DNA from: Candidatus Bathyarchaeia archaeon
GTDB taxonomy: Archaea; Thermoproteota; Bathyarchaeia; Bathyarchaeales; Bathycorpusculaceae
Assembly (NCBI GenBank): GCA_038882655.1
Contig: JAVZNT010000001.1
Coordinates: forward strand, 122,576-186,575
Direction: 5' to 3'
DNA length: 64,000 nucleotides
Under the pieces are notes generated by a model that searched no databases, was not told the origin of the DNA, and worked only from the letters and a program-made list of their open reading frames with translations. Positions 10,180 through 19,757 of the stretch are shown here, in pieces; within the stretch, counting starts at the first letter, position 1, and each line of letters begins with the position of its first letter. Position numbers and translations under genes: made by a program.

Positions 10180-11436
10180 TTACAATAATGCATCTTTCAA
10201 AATTTGACCAGATATTGTGGGGCCAAAGTTTGGTGGACCATAATGTAATGGGAAAGCGCCTATTTCTCTCCACCAAAAAGCTGCGTAATGAATTCCCCAT
10301 TCGTTTAGGATTTTTAAGGTGTTGTTCCAAGCGGTGATTTCTCTTTGTAATTCATCACCTGTCCATGTTAAGGCGCATCCCATCTCTCCAATAAATAACG
10401 GCTTGTTTAACGTGTTGCCCACCCAATCAATCTTTTCAATCTGAAAAGCCGTTCTCACGTCATCATAGAGATAACCATATGGGGTGCCTTTTTCTCCTGC
10501 GAGGTTTTGCCATAATCCACATCCTCCATAAATTCTGTAGATATGCGTGCTATACAAGATGTTTCCTAGAGGGTCTGTGAGGTTGAAGTCGAGAATCCAC
10601 TCGACCCCTTCGCCATCACCGCTTGCCAGTCCTGCCCAAACACCATATCCCCATTGGAATATTATTATTTGCTGTGCTTCTAGATTGCGAATTGCGTTAA
10701 TACATTGCTGAGCAACATTTTTCCAAGAGGCTTTAGCGGTTTCATCTCCGTTGGGCTCATTCCACAATTCAAAAAGTACGTTTGGATAAGCTTTAAATTC
10801 TTGTGCTATGCTTGTCCACCACTCTATGAATTCCGCTTCGTTGGCTATGACTTCAGATGCCCTTGTACTTGTCTGATATGGTGGATATGGCAACGGATCT
10901 TGGTTTCCACCGCTCCAGTAACTTTTCACGGTATAGCCGTCCAAAATGACATAAATGCCTCTTTCCGCGGCCATAACAACAAGCCTTTTTATGGCTTCTC
11001 TAGCTGGTAATGCGCAATATGGTGAAGATGGATGCCCAGAGTTTGGCCCAATGTTGTATTTCCATGTTTCAACGGACATGTGACAGCGTATGACGTTTAT
11101 CCCCCAGCTTTTCATGGCATCCAGCTCGGCGGCTACATTCACATCGGACCAGTAAGTGTTGCCCATCCAAATGCCGTCAGGGTCGTCTGCAAACTCCACT
11201 TTATTAACGCCTCTAAGCGTCACAGTCTTGTTAAACGAGTTTTTAATATACCGCCCTTCAATGTGGAGGGGGCTGACGGTAACTATCTTGCCAGAACTAG
11301 TTATGGCCACGGTGCCCATGAACGATGACATTACGGACGTTAACAAAAGAGCCTCGGTCAGCACGACTAAGGAAAGGAGCGCTGGATAAAACTTTACAGT
11401 TTGCAACTTTCGACTCCGCATTGAAATTGGCGACAC
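10180..11436 (-). CDS. Secreted or membrane-anchored glycoside hydrolase family 5
   Basis: N-terminal hydrophobic segment, LRGVN, FELWNEP (acid/base Glu), YSTHIY, FIGEMG (nucleophile Glu), AFWW. Confidence 0.85.
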   Translation of the reverse strand: MSPISMRSRKLQTVKFYPALLSLVVLTEALLLTSVMSSFMGTVAITSSGKIVTVSPLHIEGRYIKNSFNKTVTLRGVNKVEFADDPDGIWMGNTYWSDVNVAAELDAMKSWGINVIRCHMSVETWKYNIGPNSGHPSSPYCALPAREAIKRLVVMAAERGIYVILDGYTVKSYWSGGNQDPLPYPPYQTSTRASEVIANEAEFIEWWTSIAQEFKAYPNVLFELWNEPNGDETAKASWKNVAQQCINAIRNLEAQQIIIFQWGYGVWAGLASGDGEGVEWILDFNLTDPLGNILYSTHIYRIYGGCGLWQNLAGEKGTPYGYLYDDVRTAFQIEKIDWVGNTLNKPLFIGEMGCALTWTGDELQREITAWNNTLKILNEWGIHYAAFWWREIGAFPLHYGPPNFGPTISGQILKDALL

Positions 11437-11475
11437 ATTGTAATAAATCTTACGTGTTACGAAACAGAATCAGCC

Positions 11476-12420
11476 ATGAAGAGGCGAAGAACGAAATTGA
11501 ATGAAAACAAAATAACTTTACTGGTCGGCGATAATCCTTTCCTAGGCATAAGTCACCTATCCCAAGAAAGAGCCAGAGACAGAGAAAATACCTTGGACGA
11601 TCCCAAAAACTGTGCCCACCTAGTTGCGGTCTCCGTCATGAACGGAGCTGACGGTTTCATGTTCTCAGTATGCGACAAAACCCTCGCGATTATAAAGGAA
11701 CTGCACAAAAATGACATAATCACCGATGTAGACCTTTATGCGATAGTGCCATATGCCTTTGAATATGTTAGACTGGCTGCTCAAACCGGAGGTTTTTCAG
11801 GTTTAGCTAAGAAAGTTTTAAAGGATATGGTTTCAACTGGAGACTTGATGGCTATTTTGAGGGGGTTGAAAGGAGTAGCCATGGTCGATATTTCATCATT
11901 AATAAAGGCTTATCTCTCTTATGAAATCTCAAGAATAAAATCTTCAGCGGGAAAAAAGGGACATTTAAAGTCAATTATGCTTCATCAAGCTGTAACCGAC
12001 TTAGCCTTATCCTTTAACCTTAAATCCCTTTTTAAAGCGTATGCCAACTTCACTTCGGGTTTAGGGATAAAACCTGGCTTTAACACTGGAAACTTTCCGC
12101 TTTTGGTTCAGAGATTAAAAGAATGGGGTATCAACTTAAGCGAAACTGTAATTGCTGCTCCATTTAACAAGGTTGGGTTTCAAATGAACCCCTCAAAGGA
12201 GGGGTGCGAAAAGGCTCTAGCGGCTTTTCCCGAACCAACGGTTATTGCAATTAGTGTCTTAGCTGCTGGTTATCTGAAACCGTTGGAGGCTGTAGATTAC
12301 ATAAAGGCTTTACCCAACATAGACGGAGTTGTCGTGGGCGTATCTAAAGAAAAACATGCAAACGAGACTTTTAGGCTGTTTAGAGAAAGTTTTGCGGAAA
12401 CTGGAATGAAAACGGGATGA
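11476..12420 (+). CDS. Conserved hypothetical protein (GDNPFLGISH motif; possible TIM-barrel/aldo-keto-reductase-like fold)
   Basis: 314-aa ORF overlapping the next GT2 start (ATGA); GFQMNP and ISVLAAG motifs. Confidence 0.6.
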   Translation: MKRRRTKLNENKITLLVGDNPFLGISHLSQERARDRENTLDDPKNCAHLVAVSVMNGADGFMFSVCDKTLAIIKELHKNDIITDVDLYAIVPYAFEYVRLAAQTGGFSGLAKKVLKDMVSTGDLMAILRGLKGVAMVDISSLIKAYLSYEISRIKSSAGKKGHLKSIMLHQAVTDLALSFNLKSLFKAYANFTSGLGIKPGFNTGNFPLLVQRLKEWGINLSETVIAAPFNKVGFQMNPSKEGCEKALAAFPEPTVIAISVLAAGYLKPLEAVDYIKALPNIDGVVVGVSKEKHANETFRLFRESFAETGMKTG

Positions 12421-13310
12421 GGGACGACATAATAATTACCATTGGTCTTTGTGTCAGAAATGCTGAGGCAACTGTTGGTCGGGCAATAGATAGCATATTA
12501 AACCAAGATTTTCCACGCAAACATATGGAGTTGGTTGTGGTTGATGGATGTAGCACTGATTCAACACTTAACATTATAAAAGATAAGCTTAGAGGCTCTA
12601 ATTTGAAGACGAGAATTTTTCGTGAAAACAAGGGTCTAGGTTACGCAAGGCAACTTGTCGTTAACAACGCCAGCGGTGAATACATTTTATGGGTTGACGC
12701 AGATATGATCCTGCCCAAAGATTTCGCTAAAAAGCAAGTTTTGTTTATGGAGAGAAGCCCAAAAGTTGGAATCGCTAAAGGAAGATACGGCATATGTATG
12801 AAAGACAATTTGGTAGCTATGTTGGAAGATGTGGAGTTTGCAATAAGTTTTAGAAGTGAAGGAGAAGCAAATTTACCTGCTTTAGGTACCTCTGGTTGCA
12901 TTTATCGGGTTGAAGCCGTAAAACAGGCAGGCGGATTTGACCCAGACATGAGAGGTGTGGGGGAGGACCAAGATATTGAAAGTAGAGTTAAGGCGGCTGG
13001 GTGGTTGCTTCATATTAGCCCAGCGGTTTTTTATGAAAGGCGTAGGGAAACTTGGAAGTCCTTGTGGGATGAGTATTTTTGGCATGGAGTTGGCGCGGCT
13101 CATCTTTTTAGTAAGAATAAGCGGGCGGTTAAAATTTTCAAGATGCTGCCTCCTGTGGCGCTTTTTACGGAGTTTCTACGTGTGCCTCTTGCCTATAAAT
13201 TGACGGGTAGGTTTGCTGTGCTATTGTTGCCTTTTCACTATGTTTTTAAGAGGGTGGCTTGGATGATGGGTTTCGTTAGGGGCAAGCTTTTAATCTTCTG
13301 GTCTTCTTAG
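12417..13310 (+). CDS. GT2 glycosyltransferase
   Basis: VDGCSTD, WVDAD, GEDQD; paralog of 6703..7692. Confidence 0.88.
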   Translation: MRDDIIITIGLCVRNAEATVGRAIDSILNQDFPRKHMELVVVDGCSTDSTLNIIKDKLRGSNLKTRIFRENKGLGYARQLVVNNASGEYILWVDADMILPKDFAKKQVLFMERSPKVGIAKGRYGICMKDNLVAMLEDVEFAISFRSEGEANLPALGTSGCIYRVEAVKQAGGFDPDMRGVGEDQDIESRVKAAGWLLHISPAVFYERRRETWKSLWDEYFWHGVGAAHLFSKNKRAVKIFKMLPPVALFTEFLRVPLAYKLTGRFAVLLLPFHYVFKRVAWMMGFVRGKLLIFWSS

Positions 13311-13367
13311 AGTTTCCAGCGTTGCGCAGCAGAAGTTTTGGTAAAATGTTTGATGTGTGATTGGAAA

Positions 13368-14423
13368 ATGAAAGTTGGGCTGATTGGTTGTGGCGGGATT
13401 GCCAATATTCATATGGGGGCATATAAGCGTATAAAGGATGTTGAGGTCACGGCTGTTTGTGATTTAAATCTTGATAGGGCTAAGGGTCTTGCAAAAAAGT
13501 TTGGGGTTGAAAAGGTTTTTGGTGATTATATGGATATGGTTGAGGCTGAGCAGCTTGACTTGGTTGATGTTTGTACACCTGTTTCTACACATGCCAAGAT
13601 AGTTATTGACGTTTCAAGGGATGTTCCGGCGGTTTTTGTTGAAAAGCCCATGGCGTTAAGCGTTCAAGAATGCGACGAAATTATAGAGGAAATCAGGCGG
13701 CGTGGAACTAAGCTTTGTGTTGGACATAATCAGCTTTTTCTGCCGACTATTCAAAGGGCGAAGGCTTTGGTGGATTCTGGTAGTTTTGATTTGCTTTCTT
13801 TCAAGACTGTTGTGAAGGAGGATTATGAGTTTCTTAGGGCGCATGGTTGGCTGGCTCCTTGGGCTGTTGCGCCCGAGCAGAAGGGTGTTTTATGGGAGTC
13901 GTGTTGCCACCTGGCTTATTTGCACCTTCACTTTTTGCCAAACATTGTTGAGGTTTATGCGGTTGGCAATAAGGTTAAGTATCCGGTTTACGACGATTTT
14001 GCAGTTTTATTGAGAACAGCGGATAGCCGCTTTGGGATTATTGAGCTTTCATGGCTTTCAAAGGAAACTGAAATTTCTTATGAGTTGAGGGATAAGACTG
14101 GAAGACGTTTGGAGATTTACCGTGACTTTGACTATTTGATTGAGAAGATGGAGAAGCCGCCATACAACGTTTGGTATACTTTTCGCAATGTACTTGTGGA
14201 TGAAGGACGTGTACTTAAAAAATGGATAAAATATGGCGTTAGGTACCTCAAAAACGGTAAAACGCTGCCCATATATATCCTCTTAAACGAGTTCATCGAA
14301 TCAATTAAAAAGGATACACAACCACCAGTCACACCAGAAGACGGAAAACAAACAATAGCCCTATTAGAATGTATAGAAAAATCACTTGACAGTAACAAAC
14401 CAATGGCAATGTTGCAATCTTAA
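13368..14423 (+). CDS. Gfo/Idh/MocA family oxidoreductase
   Basis: MKVGLIGCGGIA, VFVEKPMA. Confidence 0.88.
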   Translation: MKVGLIGCGGIANIHMGAYKRIKDVEVTAVCDLNLDRAKGLAKKFGVEKVFGDYMDMVEAEQLDLVDVCTPVSTHAKIVIDVSRDVPAVFVEKPMALSVQECDEIIEEIRRRGTKLCVGHNQLFLPTIQRAKALVDSGSFDLLSFKTVVKEDYEFLRAHGWLAPWAVAPEQKGVLWESCCHLAYLHLHFLPNIVEVYAVGNKVKYPVYDDFAVLLRTADSRFGIIELSWLSKETEISYELRDKTGRRLEIYRDFDYLIEKMEKPPYNVWYTFRNVLVDEGRVLKKWIKYGVRYLKNGKTLPIYILLNEFIESIKKDTQPPVTPEDGKQTIALLECIEKSLDSNKPMAMLQS

Positions 14424-14464
14424 CATTCTAAATGTTCACTTTGAAATTAACGAGGATAAATTAA

Positions 14465-16303
14465 ATGATTTGTGGCTATGTAGCCAGCACACAGCAACCT
14501 ACGGTAGAAAATATTCTCTGCAAAGTGAATCCCCAAGCTGAAGTGTTCATTTATAAGCGGAGGAAATTTATAGGGTGGTTCTTAGCTAGCAAAAAAGATA
14601 AGGTGATATATGAAAATAATCAACTACTTTTAATTGATGGGCTTCCTGTTTTAAAAATCTCGCCTTATGATTACGATGTATGGGACAAAAACGAAGACTA
14701 TATTAAAAAACAAATTAAAGTGAAACGTTTTCTAGATCTGCTTGAACAAATAGTTTCTAATGTAAATTCCATATTTTTTGATGCGAATGAGGGTAAGCTT
14801 TTGCTTGCCTCAAATAGAGCTGCCGCGGGAAGGATATATTATAAACGTATTCAAGAGGGCCTTGTTTTTTCAAATAATTTTCTTTGCTTAATGAAAATGG
14901 GTGAAATAGATCTAAACTGGGATGCCGTCTATGCGATTATTAAATATGGGGCGCCTCCAGACCCGCTGACCATTTCTAAAGACATATTTTCAATACCGGT
15001 AGGACATTATGGGATCTGCAGCATTCCTAAGTTTAATATTTCCATTCAGCCCTACTTCCAGTTTGACTTTCCACAAAAACATAATGGTAATTTAGAAGCC
15101 GTCAAAAAGTATTTACTTGGTTCTGCAAAGCTGTTGGGTTCATTAAAGGCGTCTATCTTGTTAAGTGGTGGGGTTGATTCAACTTTATATGCGCATTTGT
15201 TATGTGAAAACGCAGACGATGAGATACGAGCTTTTTATCTTTGCTTTGGAGAAAATGATCCCGAGATAACTTTTGCTGAAAAAGCAGCAGCGGAATCTGG
15301 TTGCTCCTTGGAGATAATTGAAATGCAAGAGAACGATGTGGTTGATTCAATAAGTGAAATGGTGGAAATGTACTCTCATCCATTTTCCGATTATTCTACC
15401 ATTCCGACATACTATCTGTTGAGGCAAATTTGGAACAAAGTGGAGTCAGGGATTTTAGTTGAGGGGACAGGTGGTGATGCTTGTTTTGGTTTTAGCACTC
15501 TTTTGAACGCTAACAGGTGGATTAGGGTATTTAACGCTCCGTTTTTCATTAAGGCGCTGGCTAGGAAGTTGTATTCAACACCAGGTTTTTGGGATGCCAA
15601 CGTTTTTTTTGTAAGGTATTTAGCGGCATTTGCTGCATGCTGTGAACCATATATGACGCTAAGTCCGCTTGTTCTGTGTCCTGCAGATAATGTTTTCAAT
15701 GAATCTTATGTTTCCAAAACGGACATTACAGGGCATTACTTACGCCTTTTCAGTAATCTAATCAAAAAAGAGGAACATAACCTCTCATTTCACGCGATGG
15801 CTACGGTGGCTGATATAGCTCATACCTGCAGTAAATTGTATACTGCAAAGACTTATGGATTATTTAGTAGTAAAATCCAAGTAGTTTACCCATATTTATG
15901 GCGGGACATTCTGATAGAGCAGGGTAATATTTCTTGGACGATAAAAATTCGAAATGGTATTGTAAAGTGGCCTTTGAAGTCTTTGTTAGAAAAATATATG
16001 TCAAAAGAGTTTGTATATCGGAAGAAGAGTGCTTTCCTCCCACCGTTGGAACGATGGTTAAGAGACGAGAGTGTTTACAAATTTTTTAGGGAAACGTTGG
16101 TTGATCAAGAGATTATAGTTGGCAGGGTTGTTTCTCAAGAAAAGTCGGCAAAGTTGGTTAATCGGTTATCAAAGTCACGTAATATTTCGCCTTCGCTTTG
16201 CCATTTTCTTTGGGGAACCTTATTTACAGAACTATGGCTAAGACGAAACTTGAAAAACGCTACAAACATCTCACAGCAAGAACGCAATTACTTTGCTTTT
16301 TAA
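14465..16303 (+). CDS. Asparagine synthase-like (AsnB family) amidotransferase
   Basis: LLSGGVDS ATP-pyrophosphatase motif, HPFSDYS.IPTY, GTGGDACFG, KWPLK...RKKSAF.PPL..WL. Confidence 0.8.
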   Translation: MICGYVASTQQPTVENILCKVNPQAEVFIYKRRKFIGWFLASKKDKVIYENNQLLLIDGLPVLKISPYDYDVWDKNEDYIKKQIKVKRFLDLLEQIVSNVNSIFFDANEGKLLLASNRAAAGRIYYKRIQEGLVFSNNFLCLMKMGEIDLNWDAVYAIIKYGAPPDPLTISKDIFSIPVGHYGICSIPKFNISIQPYFQFDFPQKHNGNLEAVKKYLLGSAKLLGSLKASILLSGGVDSTLYAHLLCENADDEIRAFYLCFGENDPEITFAEKAAAESGCSLEIIEMQENDVVDSISEMVEMYSHPFSDYSTIPTYYLLRQIWNKVESGILVEGTGGDACFGFSTLLNANRWIRVFNAPFFIKALARKLYSTPGFWDANVFFVRYLAAFAACCEPYMTLSPLVLCPADNVFNESYVSKTDITGHYLRLFSNLIKKEEHNLSFHAMATVADIAHTCSKLYTAKTYGLFSSKIQVVYPYLWRDILIEQGNISWTIKIRNGIVKWPLKSLLEKYMSKEFVYRKKSAFLPPLERWLRDESVYKFFRETLVDQEIIVGRVVSQEKSAKLVNRLSKSRNISPSLCHFLWGTLFTELWLRRNLKNATNISQQERNYFAF

Positions 16304-16320
16304 TTAAAAACGTGCATTTT

Positions 16321-17484
16321 ATGGTGATATTATTGCGTGTTGGCATTTTTATTCCGACATTGAACGTTTGTGGAGGGGCTGAATATGTGGCGATTGCCAT
16401 GGCAAATGCATTAGCTAGGCAATCTTATGAGGTTGTACTTTTTACGAATGAGCCGGTAAATCATTATCAAATACGGAATTTTTTGGGTGTAAGTTTAAAT
16501 CCGTCCATTAAATGTATCGTTTTTCCATCATTAGCTCGACCTTATTATCTTCTGGATTTTTATCAAACGATTTTTCGTTCTTACATTTTTAGACTGAAGT
16601 GTGATTTATGGATCGATGTGTATTCTCGTCGTATTTTCCCATGGACGAATATTACGTACATTCACTTTCCGTTTTCGCGTAGTCAATGGTATAGGCCGAA
16701 GTTTCCATATCTGAGGCGCCCGCGTTTCATGCAAGCTGCCATTTTACCGTACGTCATATTTGAAAAAAAGCTAGTGCGCGATGATGGAAAACTAATACTT
16801 GCCAATAGTCAGTACACGGCTGAGGAAATAAGAACTTTTTTGGGTAAAAAAGCGGAAGTGCTTTATCCACCGGTTCAATCTACTTGTTTTGAGAGTAAAA
16901 CAGAAAAATTGGTCAAAAAACCGCGAAAAGATCTGGTAGTCACTGTTTCACGCTATTCATTGCCAAAGCAATTGGAAATGATTCCTTACATAGCTTCGTT
17001 TACAAGATCTAGTGTGGAGTTTGCGTTGATTGGACGCGTTTATGATAATGATACGTTAAGGACGTTGATTTCATTACAAAGATTGACTAAAAAGCTTGGT
17101 TTAACCGATAGAATAAAGTTTTTCACAAATATTTCTAGGGGCAATTTAAAGGAGATATTAAAAAGTGCGAAAGTTTACTTACATACAATGGTTGGCGAAC
17201 ATTTTGGAATATCTATAGTTGAAGCCATGGCGATGGGTTGTATCTCAATAGTTCACGACTCCGGAGGACCAAGAGAATTTGTTCCAGACAATCTTAGATA
17301 TAAAACCGTTAAAGAGGCAGCAGAAAAAATTGAGAAAGAAATCTGTGGTTGGACTCCTCAGAAAGCTAATGAAATGATCGAAATTGCTCAAAGATTCAAA
17401 GAAGAAAACTTCTCCAAGAAATTTATCGACTTTTTCAACCAATACAAAACAACTTTTGAAAACAACTTAAAATATAAAATTTGA
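16321..17484 (+). CDS. GT4 glycosyltransferase (ALG11-like)
   Basis: GGAEYV, YIHFP, ANSQYTA, LYPPV, LHTMVGEHFGISIVEAMAMG, HDSGGP. Confidence 0.9.
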   Translation: MVILLRVGIFIPTLNVCGGAEYVAIAMANALARQSYEVVLFTNEPVNHYQIRNFLGVSLNPSIKCIVFPSLARPYYLLDFYQTIFRSYIFRLKCDLWIDVYSRRIFPWTNITYIHFPFSRSQWYRPKFPYLRRPRFMQAAILPYVIFEKKLVRDDGKLILANSQYTAEEIRTFLGKKAEVLYPPVQSTCFESKTEKLVKKPRKDLVVTVSRYSLPKQLEMIPYIASFTRSSVEFALIGRVYDNDTLRTLISLQRLTKKLGLTDRIKFFTNISRGNLKEILKSAKVYLHTMVGEHFGISIVEAMAMGCISIVHDSGGPREFVPDNLRYKTVKEAAEKIEKEICGWTPQKANEMIEIAQRFKEENFSKKFIDFFNQYKTTFENNLKYKI

Positions 17485-17500
17485 CCGAATAATTACTGAG

Positions 17501-18367
17501 ATGTCTACTATGCGTTATCCTTTTGTTTCCGTAATTGTTTGCACTTTAAATAGAAAGGAATTTTTGAGAAGATGCCTTAACGAATTACTTAATGTTAATT
17601 ATCCAGAATCACAATATAAGATAATTGTTGTTGACGGCGGATCTGTAGACGGAACAGAGAATATGGTGAAGAATGAATTTCCCAGTGTTAAGTATGTAGT
17701 TGAAAAACGGAGTGGTGTGTCTTATGCAAGAAATAAAGGGTTAGAAATCGCAAGGGGAGAGGTTATCGCGTTTACAGACGACGATTGTATTGTAACAAAG
17801 GATTGGTTGTATAATTTGGTAATCAGCTTTGATTCGCCCGAAATTGGGGCTGTTGGGGGGCCTGTCCGTTTTACAAGGAAAATCCCACGTAAACTTTTAG
17901 TCAAAGCTGCTTTAGGCGGGTATGATCTTGGTGAGAGAAGGCAATTTGTAGGTTATTTGGTTACAAGTAACATAGCGGTAAAGCGTAAAGTTTTCCGGAA
18001 AATAAGATTTGATGAGAATCTAGGACGAAAGGGAGACATGCTTTTTGATAACGAAGATATCGACTTTTGCGAAAGAATTTTGAGGATGGGATATAAACTT
18101 GTATACAATCCTAAAGCCATAGTTTATCATAATATTAACCCAGAGAGAATCAAAGTGAAATATATTTTGGTGAGAGCATTTTACTCTGGCAAAAGTCTCT
18201 ATTTAATGAAAAGAAAATATGCACGCTCGAGTGTTCACTTGTTTAGAGACATTGTTAGATCAACTATAGGAGCAGCGCTTCTCTTTTTATTTAACATAAA
18301 TCTGGAGAATTTTTATTTTTTAATAAGGAATTTTTCAATGTGTTTGGCATTCATTAACTTAATTTAA
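17501..18367 (+). CDS. GT2 glycosyltransferase
   Basis: VSVIVCTLNR, VVDGGSVD, ARNKG, FTDDD, EDIDFC. Confidence 0.9.
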   Translation: MSTMRYPFVSVIVCTLNRKEFLRRCLNELLNVNYPESQYKIIVVDGGSVDGTENMVKNEFPSVKYVVEKRSGVSYARNKGLEIARGEVIAFTDDDCIVTKDWLYNLVISFDSPEIGAVGGPVRFTRKIPRKLLVKAALGGYDLGERRQFVGYLVTSNIAVKRKVFRKIRFDENLGRKGDMLFDNEDIDFCERILRMGYKLVYNPKAIVYHNINPERIKVKYILVRAFYSGKSLYLMKRKYARSSVHLFRDIVRSTIGAALLFLFNINLENFYFLIRNFSMCLAFINLI

Positions 18368-18427
18368 GTTTAGTAGTAGAACAGTTATATCGATACACCA
18401 GAGAAAATATGGTGAAAACGGGTAATG

Positions 18428-19693
18428 TTAAGGCATCGTTAACGGGTGTGGATATAGGTATGGCGTATACCAGTCTGGTTTGTATAGGAAATAGTGAACG
18501 CCAGGCTCCATTGGTCCGCTTTCCAACGTCATACCGCCAATATTGTTGTTCCAAATGTAGAAGTCCTTAGGTCCTTGCACGTCAGGGTTCCAAGATGTAG
18601 GAGAGTCTCGTATGAAGTATCTGTATCCAGATGCGGTGTTATTGAATATTATGCCACTGCCAGCATACAATTCTATCACACAGTCGCTTGAATCTACTGG
18701 GTTGGCGAACGTGCACTCGTAAAGTTCCAACGCCCTTCCACTAGCATATGGAGAATTCCACGCTGGATGCACATCTACTTCCCCGCGTCCAAGACCATCT
18801 GTGAAAACACAATGCCTAACAACCACATGCCCTCCATAGTTTGTAGTAACGCATGAACGCCACTTTGTGAAAAGACAGTCTTCCACAAAAACTGTGTAAC
18901 TGAGGTATTTCCCTAAAATTTCCGTTATATCATCCCATACTGCGCATCCATCTTCCCTACAAACAGATATAGCATATCCAACCTCCCTAGTAGCCCAGTC
19001 CATAGTCCATGAAACGTTGACGTTATGGAATATACAATGGTCTATTACTCCGCAGCATCTGTGCCAAGCAGTTATTCCCTCACCAAACGATATAAAAGCG
19101 CAATGGTCTACACGAAAATTAAAAAGTGCATTAAGTTTAAGCGCTTTATAGAAACCTACAGCAGAAGCGTTGAACCATTTATACCCCACCAATTTAAGGT
19201 CAGAAAACCTAGACGACTTGACGGGATTACTGGTCCCTGTAATCAAAAACCAATGAGGCGGGTCACCAGCCTTACTACCAGGCATATCCCAAGGCATAAC
19301 GAGGACCGTTTTCCATTCTTTAACTGAACCATTTTCATATCTTTCCGTGGGTGCACCAAAAACACTCACCCCCTCTGGAACAGTCACCCTTGCGCCGGAC
19401 CAGCTTTCTCCTAGATTAACAAAGTTCCATGTGCCTTCTGGGATGCGGACTATGCCTATTCCGTTAGAAGCGGCCAGGTTTACAGCGTCTTGTATATCCC
19501 GCCAATAGCCGCTTCTCGCTGTGATTTCTGGAGCTATCCTCCCAGTATTGGATATAATTACTCTTCCAATGTCTGCAGCAAAAGAAAAGCCCACAACTCC
19601 AACAAGAACCGCTAGAATTAAAGCAACTTTGTAAAAGCGTAAATCCCGCAACTTTAAGCCGCCTTGAGCTGCTGTGGCTTTAAACATCCACAA
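18428..19693 (-). CDS. Secreted parallel beta-helix (pectin-lyase-like) protein
   Basis: N-terminal hydrophobic helix, DIQDAVN..VRIPEGT, repeated VDHC.F / IDHC.F / VEDC.F / VRHC.F, G.GIIFNNT, YIWNN, C-terminal YTPYLYPHPL; true start may be ~19651. Confidence 0.7.
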   Translation of the reverse strand: MWMFKATAAQGGLKLRDLRFYKVALILAVLVGVVGFSFAADIGRVIISNTGRIAPEITARSGYWRDIQDAVNLAASNGIGIVRIPEGTWNFVNLGESWSGARVTVPEGVSVFGAPTERYENGSVKEWKTVLVMPWDMPGSKAGDPPHWFLITGTSNPVKSSRFSDLKLVGYKWFNASAVGFYKALKLNALFNFRVDHCAFISFGEGITAWHRCCGVIDHCIFHNVNVSWTMDWATREVGYAISVCREDGCAVWDDITEILGKYLSYTVFVEDCLFTKWRSCVTTNYGGHVVVRHCVFTDGLGRGEVDVHPAWNSPYASGRALELYECTFANPVDSSDCVIELYAGSGIIFNNTASGYRYFIRDSPTSWNPDVQGPKDFYIWNNNIGGMTLESGPMEPGVHYFLYKPDWYTPYLYPHPLTMP

Positions 19694-19757
19694 ATCCCTT
19701 AATAAGGTTATTTGTGTTTCAAACTAATTAATCTTATGTATTACGATACAATTTAAA

